This document shows, in pieces, positions 13,011 to 25,524 of a DNA stretch of 64,000 bases. The DNA is from Raillietiella orientalis (Eukaryota). The DNA lies in assembly GCA_036172245.1 (NCBI GenBank), contig JAYWIR010000019.1:1178001-1242000 (forward strand), in the 5' to 3' direction. Each line of letters starts with the position of its first letter. Position 1 is the first letter of the stretch. The notes under the pieces were generated by a model. That model did no database searches. It was not told where the DNA came from and saw nothing but the letters and a program-made list of their open reading frames with translations. A program made the translations under genes and the position numbers.

Positions 13011-14299
13011 TTCCTATTACACTTCAGTTAACTGAGTGAGCACAGAGAAGCTGTCTTGAGTTGCAATTTTCTCAGGCCTCGAACTTCAACGGTTTCACCT
13101 GCTCCCATGGTAGGGTGCAAACATGTCTTATTCAGCTTAACTCGAGCCTCGGTGTTGTTGCTGTTTGCGTCTTCAAAGCGTGCGAATTTTTCTTCTCGAG
13201 TAGCCACAGAATTAACATAATTTATGAGCGCTGCCTGAATTGTATATTTATTTGGTATTCCTTGTCTCCCTTGATGATTATTTTTTGTCGGCAAACCCAA
13301 TGGATAATGTTTCCAATTTAGGTTCATCATGGGAATCCTCAAATGCACGAGATACAATTTTTCTGGCTAGCATTGAAAGCATTCGTCACAATCAAGGCAT
13401 CTCGATGATGGAGGTAAGCAGATCCTCGTACTTCTTCAGATGAAGTTTCCTTCTTTGAGACGTGGAGACAATTTTCTGGAGAAACGAAATGTTAATTACA
13501 GAGGGAAAGGCAGGGAAAGGATCAACTTGAGATGCCGCATGTTTATAAGCGCATCTTTTAGCCCAACTGCTGCTAGAGCCCTCCGCGAGCCAGTAGAGAA
13601 TATGATCGAGTTGATTGGAAACTCATTTGTGTGTTCAGTGTTTGTTGGTATTGGTTGTATACTTGAACCTCAATCTTCTCGTTCCACTAACTGTCGTAAA
13701 TCTAATCAACTTCCACAACTTTTCATTTCATCAACTCTATCATTCCTCATTCTCACTTGGATAGAAGATTTTGAATGTTAAGTCTTTCATAGTCAAACGA
13801 GGAAGGCTTTTTACCCGCTGGCACCAGGACATTTGTTTGAATAAAGAAGGGAAACCCACAAGGACGAACAAGAAGCGCGGTTAATGGTGAATCAACTATC
13901 AAAAGCAAGTCAAAAGAACACGTTTTCCGATGTGGATGATGTTCCTGCTGACTTCCGGTCTCAGATGGGGCCATCTAAATGCTTTTTTTAGATATGACAT
14001 TGCCGTGCACAAAGCCTGTTGCTGCTGGTGCAGTTCTAGAGAGTAGAGCGCCGCAAGGATGCCATATGCACAACATTTTCGCTGCTGTCACGGCGGCGGA
14101 TGAGAGGCTCTTCCGAGTGAAGGAGCGGCGCGTCTTCCGGTTGAAGAAGATTCGAAACCAGCGTCTTCCTCAGTGGACAAATGGCGCCGTAGCTGGTCGG
14201 CAGGAAGAAGAGTCCGGAGGTCGATTCGATCTCTTCGCAGTTGGCATACTTCTCACACACACCTCCCCCTATCACGTGGTAAATGTGCTCCTTCCAAGG

Positions 14300-15370
14300 T
14301 AGACCTTAATGCAAGAACAGCATCACGCCGTGTTACCACCGAAGAAGGAGGACCACTTATGTATAAACACAGATGACAAACAGAATTTTTCCGGAAGCGC
14401 AATGAAAATTTGGGCCCATCGGAAGAGTTCCTCCGCCTGCAAGAGGGGCATTGGTGTCTCGGCCTGCATCTACGTGGAGCACCCGCCTAGGAGTTTTCCC
14501 GCAATGCCGCAGGGCAATTCCCACCTTGCGGACAGGCAGCTGCCATCGCTTTCCCAAAGGGAAGCCAGCGCTGCGGCCAGAGGTGTGGTGGATGCACGAG
14601 CCCACTTGGTGGGCTCGTCTACGATTCTCTTCAGAGTCATGCTCTTGAGTCGCACAACATGCACGGGATCTTCGGAGCTGGTGCTGGTCAACAGAGACCA
14701 AGTTTCTACAGATTCCTGCAGTCAGAAATTGAAATTCACAGGGCGGCAGGAGATTCACTTGTTGGATGCCAGCGGGAAGGTGAGCTACTTCAGAGAAAAC
14801 CCCAAAAGACTCTTCCGTTTGTGGATGCGGAACAGTAGAGGTCAGTTTCTAGAAACAGGCTGCTCGCAGCAAAAAGTGGCGATCTGGGAGTCACCATTGC
14901 TTGTTCCATGCCTTTGCACAAGTGCGATCCATTCGAAATTGACCTCTATCTCCATAATCTGCAACGTAAAGATACCGAGTTTGGTATCCCTGCGAGACGC
15001 AGCAACGTCCTGGAGGCGGATGCGAGTCCGGATGCCGCCCCGCAGGGTCTCCTTCAACAGTCTGTCAGCCGGCTGCCTTGTCTCAGCGGGATGGAAACAA
15101 ACATAAAGGAGAATTCAGCAAAGATGAGCCAGGAAAGTGTTCCAGATCTAGGCTTGCTTCTTCAGAAAGGATCTGCCTTCCAGGAACGGGCCAAGAGTCC
15201 TTTAGCTTCTTGAAGGCAGCCGGACCACAATTCTGCAACGCAGAAGTAGAACGATGGTGAAGTACTTCAAATGCCACTGTACTTCAAATGCCAGCCCGTT
15301 GATATCCTTAGGAGGATCCAGTTCGGCTGTCTTTTTAAATGGCTTTGTATTTTATGACTTTGTACGTTTG
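14300..15370 (+). mobile_element. Decayed L1/Tx1-like ORF2 3' fragment
   Basis: RGIGV (GGLG-like) motif, WESPLL and CLCTSAIH remnants, DILRRI terminus and a T-rich tail. Confidence 0.5.
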
Positions 15371-15929
15371 GGGCTCAAGACTGCTCCTGCGCGATTCAGT
15401 TCAAACAGTTCCTCGAGTTTACTCACGAGTTGAACCTAGGCTGCAGAAGAAGCAGGTCGTCGGCGTGGGCCGCTACGGCTGGGGCGTCGGTAGGCTCGCC
15501 GGTGCTATCTTGTGCCCTTGAGCCCATTGATGTGGCAACTGGCGACGCACAGGTTGCGAAAAGGGGGGAGAGTGCGCGTTGAGGCTGGAAACATGAAGGA
15601 CCATCGTTTGTCTCTGGCGGTGGGCCATGGACACAGATCATGAAGGCAGGTGGTCCATAGACTCCTGCCATTGCCACTGGGATGGAGATGCTCCGTGGAG
15701 GTGTTACATGAGACAACTTCCATGCCGTCTTCCTCGAACTTTTCCGTCGCTTTCCCATTCCAGACATTGGGCTTGCACGCATTGAGTGACGGATGGTGCA
15801 TTGCCGTCGGTAGCAACGGAATCTGACTTTCCATCGGATTCAGGAGCATACGATTCCACTTTCTCTTTTTGTTGCCATGTCAACGATTATTGAAGTCGCG
15901 TTCTCAGTTGTGCTAGTTCCGCACTATTC

Positions 15930-17690
15930 GGGGTCGTGACCACAGGGGCAGCATCGTCGCGTGGTTTTAACGCGACCTTGCATTTCCGCAATGTCGGTGC
16001 CAGACGACGCGACTCAAGAATGGACAAAGCTGCTGGACTGGATACTCTTGGAGATCCCCACAATTCGGTACTTCAATTACCTCAGTGTGCTGTTGGGGAA
16101 CTACCTTTCTGCAGAGACGAGCTCCAGCTGTCTCCAGAAGGCAAAGTCAGCGATCGACCAAGGAAGCAGCTTCACCTGCGAGAACGGGCCGCGGTGTGCA
16201 GCACGTTCGGGACTCTCTTCCTCCGTTTCCTGCTTTTTGTTTGCCACCAAACTGAGAGGATGAAGAAGCGGACGGAGGATTTCTTAGGATCGTCCTTTGG
16301 ATCAAAGGGAGGTCCCGAGTCCGCTTGAAGGACTTGTACATTTCGCGTCTGGACGGCGGTGTCGGCCTGCTGACTCTTGAGGGGCTGGGGCTTCAGCTCC
16401 AGTCGAGGATACTTGCACTCGTGGAGAAGTACTGGAGCACCATCTGATGCGACCGTGCACGCTTCCCCGTCGAGCAAGCAGTACTTGTGCCCCTCCTTGC
16501 ACTTTTTCGCCGCCACATCTGCCACTGCGGATTGCAGCTTCTGTGGGTGGCCAGACTAACAAGTAAGAACACGGAATGGAGCTCCTGCTGCCCCGCGGAC
16601 GGTGGTGCCTGGTTACAAGATACCGCCCGCACGTGGGCAAGGAGCCAGGAGCAACGCAAGGAACAGGTGCATCGGTTCATCTTTGTGCGCAACAACCACT
16701 GCACACTTCGAGAGTTCCAGGAGGATCCTGGAAAAAGCGCTTGGACAGAAGAAATTCCCTTGCCGCAGAGCTGTCCTCCCTAAGGGAACACATGTAAAGT
16801 AACATTGCGGCAAAATGAAAGGTTGCAATGTACATCTACGGAAGTAGTAAAAGACTAGGGTAGTGAAGGATGGGACAGCTCGTTTATTCTGATACACCAA
16901 GCACCCAACCTCATGAAGTTTTGCTCTCGGGTGAGCTGATGGATGCTCCTCTGGAACATCTAAAGTTCGACCCGGTTGTCATGCACATCCGTACCATTCC
17001 ATTAAAGTGGCAAAAGTCGGTAGTGCTGCTGCTGCAGTGGGTTCTCCCTATAGCGTACGCCGGCATCAATAAACGCGAGGTATGTGGACGCAAACTGTGT
17101 CAGGTGCAGAGAGTCAAGCCCTCTCCCACCTGCTATTAAATTGTGTTTGCTTCCAATTCCTGTGGAAACGCTTGGTCGCGACCCTACGAATCCCTGGTGG
17201 CAACTCCATGGACTCCTTAAAACCTCCTTTCATCTGCAGTGCATATCGGTGGGCAGCCTCGCTTGCAGCTTCAGCTGTCTATGCGGAATCGTTGCCACCT
17301 GGAGCAATGCTGGAAAAGCACAAAGCGACAGGGATGCCATCCAATTAGCCGTCCGTTCCATAAAGATGGCAACGCGATGTCCCCACCTGGACATCCTTAT
17401 TCAGCAAGAGCTTGCAGGTATCCTGCAGAGGGGCAAAGAATCCGCCCCAGAAGACAGTGATCCCTTTCCGCGGTCTCCCTAATTTATTATATTTGTCTTT
17501 ATTTTTGTTATTTCCTCTTGTTTGTCCCCTCCCCTCTGCTGCCGTGGCGGACCGTACCGGTCTGTGAACCAACCGGTGACCCGGCACATTCCCGTTAAAT
17601 TGCACGTGGTTGGACCGATGGTCCAGCCACGGATTCTGTAGATGTTATTCTTCTTCTTATGAATAAATGCCCCAGAGTGCCCGGTGGAAT
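15930..17690 (+). mobile_element. Decayed L1/Tx1-like element, same family as 25525-27695
   Basis: Frameshifted peptides match the 653-aa ORF: DWILLEIPTIRYFNYLSV, LHLRERAAVCSTF...LLFVC, IPLKWQKSVVLLLQWVLP, CVRCRESSPLP. Complete 3'UTR at 17480-17690. Confidence 0.85.
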
Positions 17691-18299
17691 TCAAGCATTC
17701 CGCTGGATCGCGACGCGTTTAGCGCGTTTTCGGCACTTGGAGTGAGTTCCTCGATCGCCTCCGACGATCGCTCTTTGCTTTTCTGAGCACATTTGTCCAG
17801 GGGGCGTCTTCTTTTCCGAGATTCTCAGAATTCTTTCCAAGAGGAACTGTTACTCCTGGAACGGCTTCTTTAAACGCGGAGGTCGCGTCGTGGGTCGCAG
17901 GCTGTTTGGGTTTGAGGCGAGAAGCCTCTGCTGCGAGTGCAGGGTCCTCCCATTCGATGCACCCAGATTGCTTGCAGCCGCGGCACCCGATGGGTCATCT
18001 TTTGAAGTGTCCGGCTTCACCGTAGCAGCTGCAAACTACGGACCTTTCCAAAAATTAGATGCCGACTTTATTCATGCCGATTTGCAGTTTCTGGTGGAGT
18101 TTTTTTCCCTTGTGGGTCGAAACGCGGACCGTAGAGAATCCTCTGTACTCGAAAGGGAAACTCTTGGAAAGGTTCCGTTATTCTCGGACTTGTTTTCAGT
18201 GATTACGGAGCGTTCATTTTAGAAAAATTGCATGAATCTACAACATGGAAAAGCAACCAAGGAGACAGTGATCTCCCTGCAAGATCAAGGAAGTTCAAG

Positions 18300-19280
18300 G
18301 GGTTCAGTGATACTTTCGACCGTTTTCCTCAGCCATCGGAACGGAGATAGAGAAACAAAGAACAAAGAATAAATAAATTGAAGGGCAGATGCAGGTCTTT
18401 AGCTTTACTTTTTCTTTCAAGAAACATCGTGAACAGTCCGAGATGGGCGGCAGTGCGTAGTAAAGAATTCTATAAAAAGGAGGGTGGGCCAATGTGCGTT
18501 CCCTCTTTCCAGAAGCGGCGCAGGATATTGGCAATATCCTCCTTGACTGCCATGTTTAAATAATCCCAGCCTGCAGATGTTCTCATGTGGAGAACCTGAG
18601 ATGCTGCCGGCTTCCGTTCGCTGCCCGACAGACTGCAGGAAATGGCGAGCTGTAACGATGGCATCGATGCAACATGGGATCTCTATCACGGCACACGTCG
18701 TGCCTTCACCTCTTGCGAAGAAGCGCCGCAGAAAATCATTAGCAGTGCCTTCGGTATGCAGGAATGCTAAGTTCAGCTTCCGCCAGAGTACCTAGAAGGC
18801 AGTGCAGTTCAATAGCAGGTGCAGGAACGATTCAATCTCCCCGAACTACAACAGTTCCGGGACACAACAACTCCAACTCCCGGAGATCCGGTTCCTACGC
18901 TGCTTGCACTGGAAACCCCAGTGCAGGAAGACCATTACGGACTCCTTTCAGATGAGAAGACTCATTGAACCGTCCAAACAGTAAAGAAGAACCTCAAGTT
19001 CCTTGGAAGCAACGCTCGAAAGTTTGCCCTACGGAAAAAGGCTCGCCGCCACAGCACGCGAAGTGGCTACCTCCGCCAGCTCGCGTGCCTTCCAGCCACC
19101 AAGGAGATTTGTTTTTGCCGCGATGGTCCAGGAAGTATATCGCTCCACCGGTAGGCTACCGCCTTTCCTTGCCCAGAGGGCACACAGCTCGGCAGCAAGG
19201 GCTGTAGGAGCCAGCGTTGATCACTCCGCTGCCTCCTGCATGAACACTTTCAACGGTTGTGGTAGCAAACGTCGCAAGCG
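18300..19280 (-). mobile_element. Decayed L1/Tx1-like 3' fragment, family B
   Basis: FLHWGFQCKQRRNR, C..IESFLHLLLNC and DIANILRRF segments; alignable by eye to the other family B copies. Confidence 0.78.
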
Positions 19281-19899
19281 ATAAAGATCTCAAGAGTTCA
19301 TTCCCTGGAATTCATCGTAGGATCTCAGCAGCCTCCTGCCTTCTGAGCAGTATAGTTTGTTGGTCGTGGTCGGACCAATGATAGATCCACACGGACTATA
19401 AATGTTTATTTTATTTTTATGCAAACACTCCGGAGAATCCGAGTGAAAACTTTGAGTGACAGGTATGTTCAATGGAAGTGAGTTCACAATACGATCCAAG
19501 GCATAAGTAGCTTTTTTCTGTTCTTATTCACTCCTCTCTTCCTTCCTCCGTAGAAACGTAACTTCTAGGCCACTTAGCACATCAGAATCATTTGCATGCT
19601 TGTCATCACGTGCGAGAGCAGTGGTTCGTTACTATTGCTTATGATGGCCATGAACATTCAACCAATACCTTATTTTCACTACTATGAATTGAGTAAATTT
19701 TTCCACTTATTCAATGCACGGCGATGCCTCATTCTCAATTCTTGCAAGTGACAGAAGCATCAACTCTTACTGCCTCTTCTTGATGACTGCGCGCACCAAA
19801 TGCAGCGTCGCGAAGGCTCGTATCTTAGAGTTCCGACACGGCAGATGATAAGTGAGAAACTCCGAAGCAAACTGTAGTTTTCTTCCAAAGAGCTGCTCA

Positions 19900-20650
19900 T
19901 TGTCCTTCCGTTATTGTATCCTTTCCACGGAGATGGGCATTTCTTGCCACAAAACCAGCGTTTATTCCATCCATGATGCGATGAACTCCCACTTAAGGAC
20001 TTGGTGACCTGATGGGATATCGCATCCCTTCTGCCTTTGAGCATCCAAAGATTGTATCCGGAGACTCTTTGAATTCCTGTGACGGCAAGGTGGCAAGGAG
20101 GAAAACCTTCGCTGGACGCCTTCAGCGCGCTTTTGCAGGGAAATTGCACATCAGACACGGAGAGATACCTCTTTAGGAAGAAACAGTGGAGCAGGGAAAA
20201 GGAGAAAACACCTGACCAATTCTCGTCAGTTATCTGCATCTCCTGTTCCTCCCGAATACCGCAAAGGAGACTCACAACAAACACAATTCCTTCTCGGCGA
20301 TCCTTCCGCTTCTGCAGCGACTGACCAACGCGCAGAACAGTTCAGCTCATTCCTTCAAGCCACACTCACGCGAGTCTGCCTGCCTTCCAAAAGTTCTCTG
20401 GCAGCCCTGAAATGGACGCTCCTTTCCTCCATTCGTGCCACGGAATACCCTGCTTTGAGTGAGGGCAACTGGAATGCACCCCAGATGAACCGACTCGGTG
20501 AAGAAAACAGAATCCACCCCATCTCGAAGCGCTCGCAACATTCCCGATAGCGCGGGCCAATTGGAAAAAGGGCACTGCCAGACAGAAGCGCATGCACCAT
20601 AGCAAAGCTCACCATAACCCGGTTGGGGGGGAAGGCTTCCCAAACCAAGT
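19900..20650 (-). mobile_element. Very decayed LINE ORF2 3' remnant
   Basis: GGKERPFQG (cf. AGKEKDLSG), SLLHC and C-x2-C-like remnants. Confidence 0.4.
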
Positions 20651-21534
20651 GCGCCTTGAAATGAATTCCTCAGCAGAACCGCGATCGGTACGGCGCTTCC
20701 TAAAGAATGGTGCTCTACAAGGCAAAATGTGTTGTAAGGTGCGACCCATGGTGCAAATGGAGGAACCCGCTGCCTGCTTCAGAAAACCAGCAACGCGTTA
20801 GGCGCAGGAGATACGTTGACGCACGTTTGCTGGAGACCGGAAGGGAGCTAGCGTATGCCGTCTTCGTACGCGATGACGACCCTAAACACTTTTAAACCCA
20901 TACTTTGCAGCGTGGTCTCCCCGTCTCAACGCTCCTACCGGTCCTCTGATTCCTTTGCAAATATCACCGATGACAGCAGACAATAGGTATGGAGAATTGC
21001 AGACTTTGTACTTGAGTAACGAGAGCGACATCGCGATCATTCATGATCCTGGACCAGGGCCCGAACATTCATGCCAGATGTTCCGTTATTTTTTGTTTTG
21101 GAAGCACCCTGTTGCCCTCTTTCTGTGGTCATCAGATGAATACACGTCTCAGTGTCACCGCCATTGAAGCGTCAAGGCAAACGATGAGTTGAGCCTGCAC
21201 AGATGGAAAAGGGGGTTCCACAATGCAACTGCACTCCACAAAAACCAAAGCTTTTGTTCTTTCCCGGACGAGATGCTCAAAGCAAACGAGTGCGAGCTAA
21301 CAGATCTCAGGTAATCGTGACAGTAGCAGCACGTACCCTGAGGGATTGAAAATCGCAGCGGCTCACACCTTGCCTCGTTTCGTTTAAAGAGGATGCCGTC
21401 AGTCGGTCAAAAACGCTTGCGGGAGCCAGTTTCCCATTTCTTTCACAAGGAAAGGACTTGGCTGCAGGCTGCAGGCCCAGCTGCCATCCCAGTTTATTCA
21501 GGAAGGCACCGGTCTCGCAGGGCAGATGCTTTCT

Positions 21535-23111
21535 TCAGCGGTCGCCTTCTGTGTGCTCCTGCTCGTTACTCTGATCCTTCTCTGAATCCTTCTCTTCTCC
21601 CTGGAGATGCTGCCGGTCCTCTCCGACAGCCCCTTGTTCCCTACTAAGAAAGACTCCCACTTGATGCAGGACAGAAGCGCCACCCACCTGAGTTTGGTGA
21701 AATCCTTCAGGACGCGAATCTCCTTGCACAGAAAGGCATTCTGGGTGCACAACTCGTCCAAGGATGTGTCCAGTCGTCTGCGCTTTGTGCGTTTCGAGAC
21801 GAGCTCCTTCCGCATAGAGTCGAGTTTCTTCATAAGATCATCATTCATTCTGTTTTCCTGAGAACATATGCTGAGTTCTGCAATCATGAGATCCGCGCAT
21901 ACTCTCCGCGCTTACGTTTTTTGTTCTTTTAAGAGAACTTCTCCGCTTTGCTGATTCCGTGGTTTCTACGTGCTTTAATGAGATTGAGTGTTTCTTCTCC
22001 ATGGCTTTGACATTGCTGTCGTACTGTCTGTATCGAAAGAAGCTTTCAAAATTCTTACTACACTAATAAGAACCTGTGAGCATTATCTTCTTGATTTTTC
22101 ATTCTCTTCGTACTCTTCTGTTCGCTGTCGAAGGAACTGTTAGCCCTCTTTATAACATTTGGAAAGGAACGTAATTCGTCTCTATCCCTCGTGTAAGCTT
22201 CCTGAAATATCTGCAACTCATTCGAAATCGACGAACTCTTTATGTTCCAGATGCTAGAATGCAGCTCTTCCAGCTTCCTCGACAATGAATCGTGTATTGA
22301 CAAAATGCCCACAAGGCGCTGCCTGGATTCCACGACGGATTTCCAATTCTCAAACAAATCATCTTCTTTCACTTTGCTGATTGGCATTTGAGTATCTGCA
22401 CGCTGCGAACTTACCAACGGTTCCTTAGTTCTAAGAAGCTCAGCCTCATTTTTTTGTAATCTTCGTCCGTATGCAAACGTAGTTGCGTTCTCTGCGTGTA
22501 ATCATTCATCAGAGCGCTTGCTTCTTCGGTCTTTGATAACCAATCCAAGTAAACAGCATTACGTTTCAACTTGAAATCTGAAGATTTCTCAGCATATTCC
22601 TTTAGGATTATATTTCTAAACCAGAACAAGACGATAAGGTCTGGATCCCCTCGCAATTCTCACCCCGCTTCTTCCAGAGTGTCCCTAATCATACTCGAGC
22701 ATCGGCACAACCTTTCTTCCTTCATTAGTGCCGAGAGCATCATCGAATCCAAGTTTTCACATTGTGCCATCAAATTACGAATAGATTCTTCATTGGCTTC
22801 TGACGGCAAGCGCTTCTGAAAATTTCGGATTTCCTTAACACAATGCCTACAGCAGCCATTTTCCCTCACATCACTTCCCTTTTACTACTTACTGTCGAAC
22901 TTGCTCCAGTTAATCGTGAGGTCGCCATTTCTAGGTCTGAAGCTCGCAACCGCAGTGCTTTGATTGAGAACTGTCGGTTTCCTTGTTGGACGCACAAGTC
23001 ATCGAGGATCTGCGATACTGGACGAGGATCGGGTCCATCATGCGGCTGGTCACCTTCAGGCAACTCTTCTTCGTGTTGCTGAAATTCGGTTGCCGCATTC
23101 ACGCGTTCCAT
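21535..23111 (-). CDS. Uncharacterised 7-exon coiled-coil protein, ~427 aa
   Basis: Stop-free GT-AG model: 22893-23111, 22664-22833, 22415-22615, 22059-22376, 21916-22015, 21688-21857, 21535-21640. Introns are 38-59 nt, matching those of neighbouring genes. Sequence is E/K/L/R-rich and heptad-like, with AATAAA at 21493-21498(-). Two acceptors were chosen to keep the frame open. Confidence 0.65.
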
Positions 23112-23379
23112 GCACGCAGTTGCCGCCTACCTCTGCTGGCAGCATGGAGTGGACACGAGAGATTCCTCAGCGGAGGCCTGCAAGCCAAAGAGCTTCTTCA
23201 CTTGAGAATTTGCACTTTGCAGTGCTTTTGTCCAGAAAGAAGGAGGTGAAAGAAAGACACGCGCGTGGAAACTTCAACAACCGTCGCTTATCCATGGCAA
23301 CGAACCTATACAGAGGTTAAGAGGAAACGACAAAGTCCAGCGATTATTGATCACTGTCCAGCGATCATACAACGTCTGA

Positions 23380-24172
23380 AGGAGTTCGGAACTTGCCGAG
23401 TCACCAGCACGCAGGTCGGCGAGTTCGACTCACAGCAAAGGGGAAGGGGGAAAACAATAAGAAACAAAAAAAGAAACGAAAGTGTATGCATCAAGCTGTT
23501 CGAACCGTCTCAGAATAGGATCATTCTTCCATTCCTTGGATCGCCATCCGCTGGAGAAGACGGAAAGCACACCTGATAGAGGAAGAGTTGGAAGTTCGCG
23601 TGCTGTAGGGAGAGAAGCACCGAGACACGAAACATCCGCTAGCGAGTTGTGCAGGGCTATGCACGCATGCAATTTGCCAGCGCGCGAGTCCGGGATGAAC
23701 AAAAGAGGCGACTACGTTTCCCAGGAGCGACACCTGTGCTTGCGGGTCGATGGGAGAAGCAGGTTGCTGCCGACACTGTTCGACCATTCCCGGTTCGGAC
23801 TCGAGATTCGACCGCGCGCCAGCGGTCCCGTCTCTCAAGCGCAGCGTCTTCCGGAGGACTGGCTATACCTTGCGGCGGCAGCGATCCGCGAATTCCTGTG
23901 AGGTTCGGAATTGCAGACACTCGAAGACAGGGACTATCTGAAGCACTCAGTCGGAGAGTCCTGAGAGCAATCCCCCCTGGACCGCCTTCCCTGAAGGTTC
24001 GACGGAGGTGTCCGTAGCGAACGTGCGTACCTGGGCGCCTGCTGTCACAACAGAACACGGGACGTCTGTTGCCCGGCAAAATATAAAGCCGAAGCCGATA
24101 GCGAAGCTCGGCAGTTGGGCTCTACCAGTTTGTTGTACGACTGGGGCCAGAAGCAGTCGGTTCCGGCACAGA
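23380..24172 (-). mobile_element. Highly decayed L1/Tx1-like 3' fragment
   Basis: Pyrimidine tract followed by a 3'UTR motif (cccctttgctg...ggtgactcggca) similar to 17530-17586. The coding part is heavily degenerate. Confidence 0.5.
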
Positions 24173-25524
24173 TTTTTCACCTGGTTATGTCGAGCCATTC
24201 ATTATGAAAAAATAATAAAAGTACTGTACATTAGTCATGTGGTAAAACACTCGGTTCACCACGTACGTGCAGCTTCTCGATCATCGGTATGGAGACCGGT
24301 GAGATCCTCTCCAGAAGCGAAGGGGAGGAAAAAATCGAGGACTAACAAATAAAAAACAAAAAGCATGGAGGAGTATTTTTCCTGGTTAGGAAGGGGAGGG
24401 CAAGGAAATGATCACATTGCGCCTCAAGATGTCCTCTGCCTCCTGTTTGTGATGCTAAGTTTTGTAAAAAAAATTTTCCCTGATGGGACCATGTGGAGGC
24501 GATCCTCAAGAAGATTGCAGCCCATTGGATGAAGTCCCTGCAATTTTAACCTCTTCTTGCCTGCCATGCCGCGAAGATAGCCGAGCAAGGCAAGGGATGC
24601 AGCTGGCGTCAATGCGGCATGGGCGAAGAGGCGTTTACAAATGTCCCTGATACTGCCCATCGGGATTTCTAGGGTCGTCGAGAGGCGATCCTATAGGGTT
24701 CGGAGGAGGGCACAGTCTAGCAGAAGGTTCGGGAAGGTTGCCTTCTCTTCGCATTTGTCACGAATGGCATCCACACTCCCTTGTGTCCAATGATCCAGTG
24801 GTGAAGGCGTGCTTTGCATGGGCACACTAGCAATGCCAACTCCTGCCACACTTTCCGCTGAAAGGAATGGTGTTGCTGCTGCATCGGAGAACAATAGCAC
24901 TGGCTTCGAGGTACTACAGAGCCCATGGCTGCGTTCCTGCACTTCTCTGATTAGCCGTGTATCCAGGCGCGAAGGACTTTTTCTTTTTGATTCTGCTAAT
25001 CACCTTCCCTGAAAGGTGATTAGCAGAGGAATTCTCATTGGCCTTTTGGCTACCCCGGCGAGAGAAAGCAGTTGGATGTCCTGCAATTCCAGCCAACTGT
25101 AGAGCCTGATTACAGGAAACGGTTGGCACTCGGCCAAAGGTGGACGAGCCGATCTCAGAGTGTTGGAACTGCATGAGATTTTCGATTCATCCTCGCTATC
25201 CTTTGCAAAAGATCCTGGAAAATCCCAGCAAGAGCATGGTGGGTGGAGAGCACCTTTCTTGTCGCAGCGCTGCCCTCCATAAGGGGAGACAATAGCAGCA
25301 GCGTAGCCTTCTGGCGATATGAGAGCTCTGCTGCAAAATTGCCGGCGAAGGGGAGGGGGAGAGGGAGTGCTGAACTTTGAGAGAACTCCTGGGGATTCTC
25401 TGCAATGACCTGATCAAGCCCCATTGTTCCCGAACAACAATAATCCCTGTGAAGTAGCAGGAGTCCGCAAGTTTGTTGCTCTTCTTCCTTGCAATGCTCG
25501 CCAACATCACTGGGCACTGGGAAG
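24173..25524 (-). mobile_element. Decayed L1/Tx1-like 3' fragment with full 3'UTR
   Basis: CDKCEEKATFPNLLLDC-like zinc finger and SIRDICKRLF segment. The 3'UTR has hairpins and a degenerate terminal motif ...ACCAGGTGAAAA at 24173-24205. Confidence 0.75.

Noticed and set aside
15262..15293. 15-bp direct repeat gtacttcaaatgcca
   Set aside because: Simple slippage duplication inside a decayed LINE.
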